Notes under the pieces: generated by a model | Seen by the model: the letters and a program-made list of their open reading frames with translations, nothing else | Database searches by the model: none | Told to the model about the DNA's origin: nothing | Shown: piece by piece, positions 31,952 to 32,000 of the stretch | Layout: the number at the start of each line of letters is the position of its first letter | Numbering within the stretch: the stretch's first letter is position 1 | NCBI RefSeq assembly: GCF_000020385.1 | Contig: NC_010814.1 | Location: 720,001-752,000, forward strand | DNA from: Trichlorobacter lovleyi SZ | GTDB lineage: Bacteria; Desulfobacterota; Desulfuromonadia; Geobacterales; Pseudopelobacteraceae | Length of the DNA stretch: 32,000 bases | Reading direction: 5' to 3' | Made by a program: the position numbers and the translations under genes

Positions 31952-32000
31952 TGATCCTGCCTGTATTGTATTAAAATGGTGCGGAGCTGCCCCGTTTGAT

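Noticed and set aside
1-32000. Mobile elements, CRISPR arrays, tRNA/rRNA genes and toxin-antitoxin or known defence-system genes
   Set aside because: Scanning the ORF translations and the sequence by eye found no transposase, integrase or recombinase motifs, no regularly spaced short repeats and no tRNA-like or rRNA-like segments. The only long repeat is the 681-bp intragenic duplication. Absence judged by eye is not proof.

Overview
This is GC-rich bacterial chromosomal DNA. I saw no rRNA, tRNA, CRISPR, transposase or integrase. After the 3' end of uvrA (+ strand) and one possible 51-aa ORF, every convincing gene from 503 to 31951 is on the minus strand. Left part (0.5-18 kb): two tandem AEC-family permeases, an ABC_sub_bind-type binding protein translationally coupled to a Cache-HAMP-SpoIIE/PP2C phosphatase, a dipeptide epimerase, gldA, a polar-amino-acid ABC transporter, an 824-aa tandem LivK-like lipoprotein, and two Tat-signal GH3 (NagZ-like) lipoproteins flanking an acetolactate decarboxylase. 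The transporter consists of an ATPase with an extra C-terminal domain and a multi-SBP/permease fusion. Right part (18-31 kb): a more AT-rich island holding about 15 small (<160 aa) signal-peptide proteins with strong RBSs. Several of these form paralogous families. The island also holds a CVNH lectin homolog, a phytochelatin-synthase-like protein coupled to a Cys-rich partner, two DUF1566 genes each broken by one in-frame stop, an L,D-transpeptidase lipoprotein and a DUF819 membrane protein. It further contains a sigma-54 enhancer-binding protein (EBP) with an atypical GVATGV loop and a second SBP/permease fusion. The main result is a repeated regulatory module read directly from the sequence. 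A bipartite GCCAMC-N3-GTTGGC / RTTGGC element sits at a fixed 74-75 nt upstream of -24/-12 (sigma-54) promoters in front of small secreted-protein genes, and one copy abuts the EBP gene. A 681-bp segment encoding the permease domain is 99.6% identical between the two SBP/permease genes, and all differences are synonymous. The SBP domains of both genes are in circularly permuted order.
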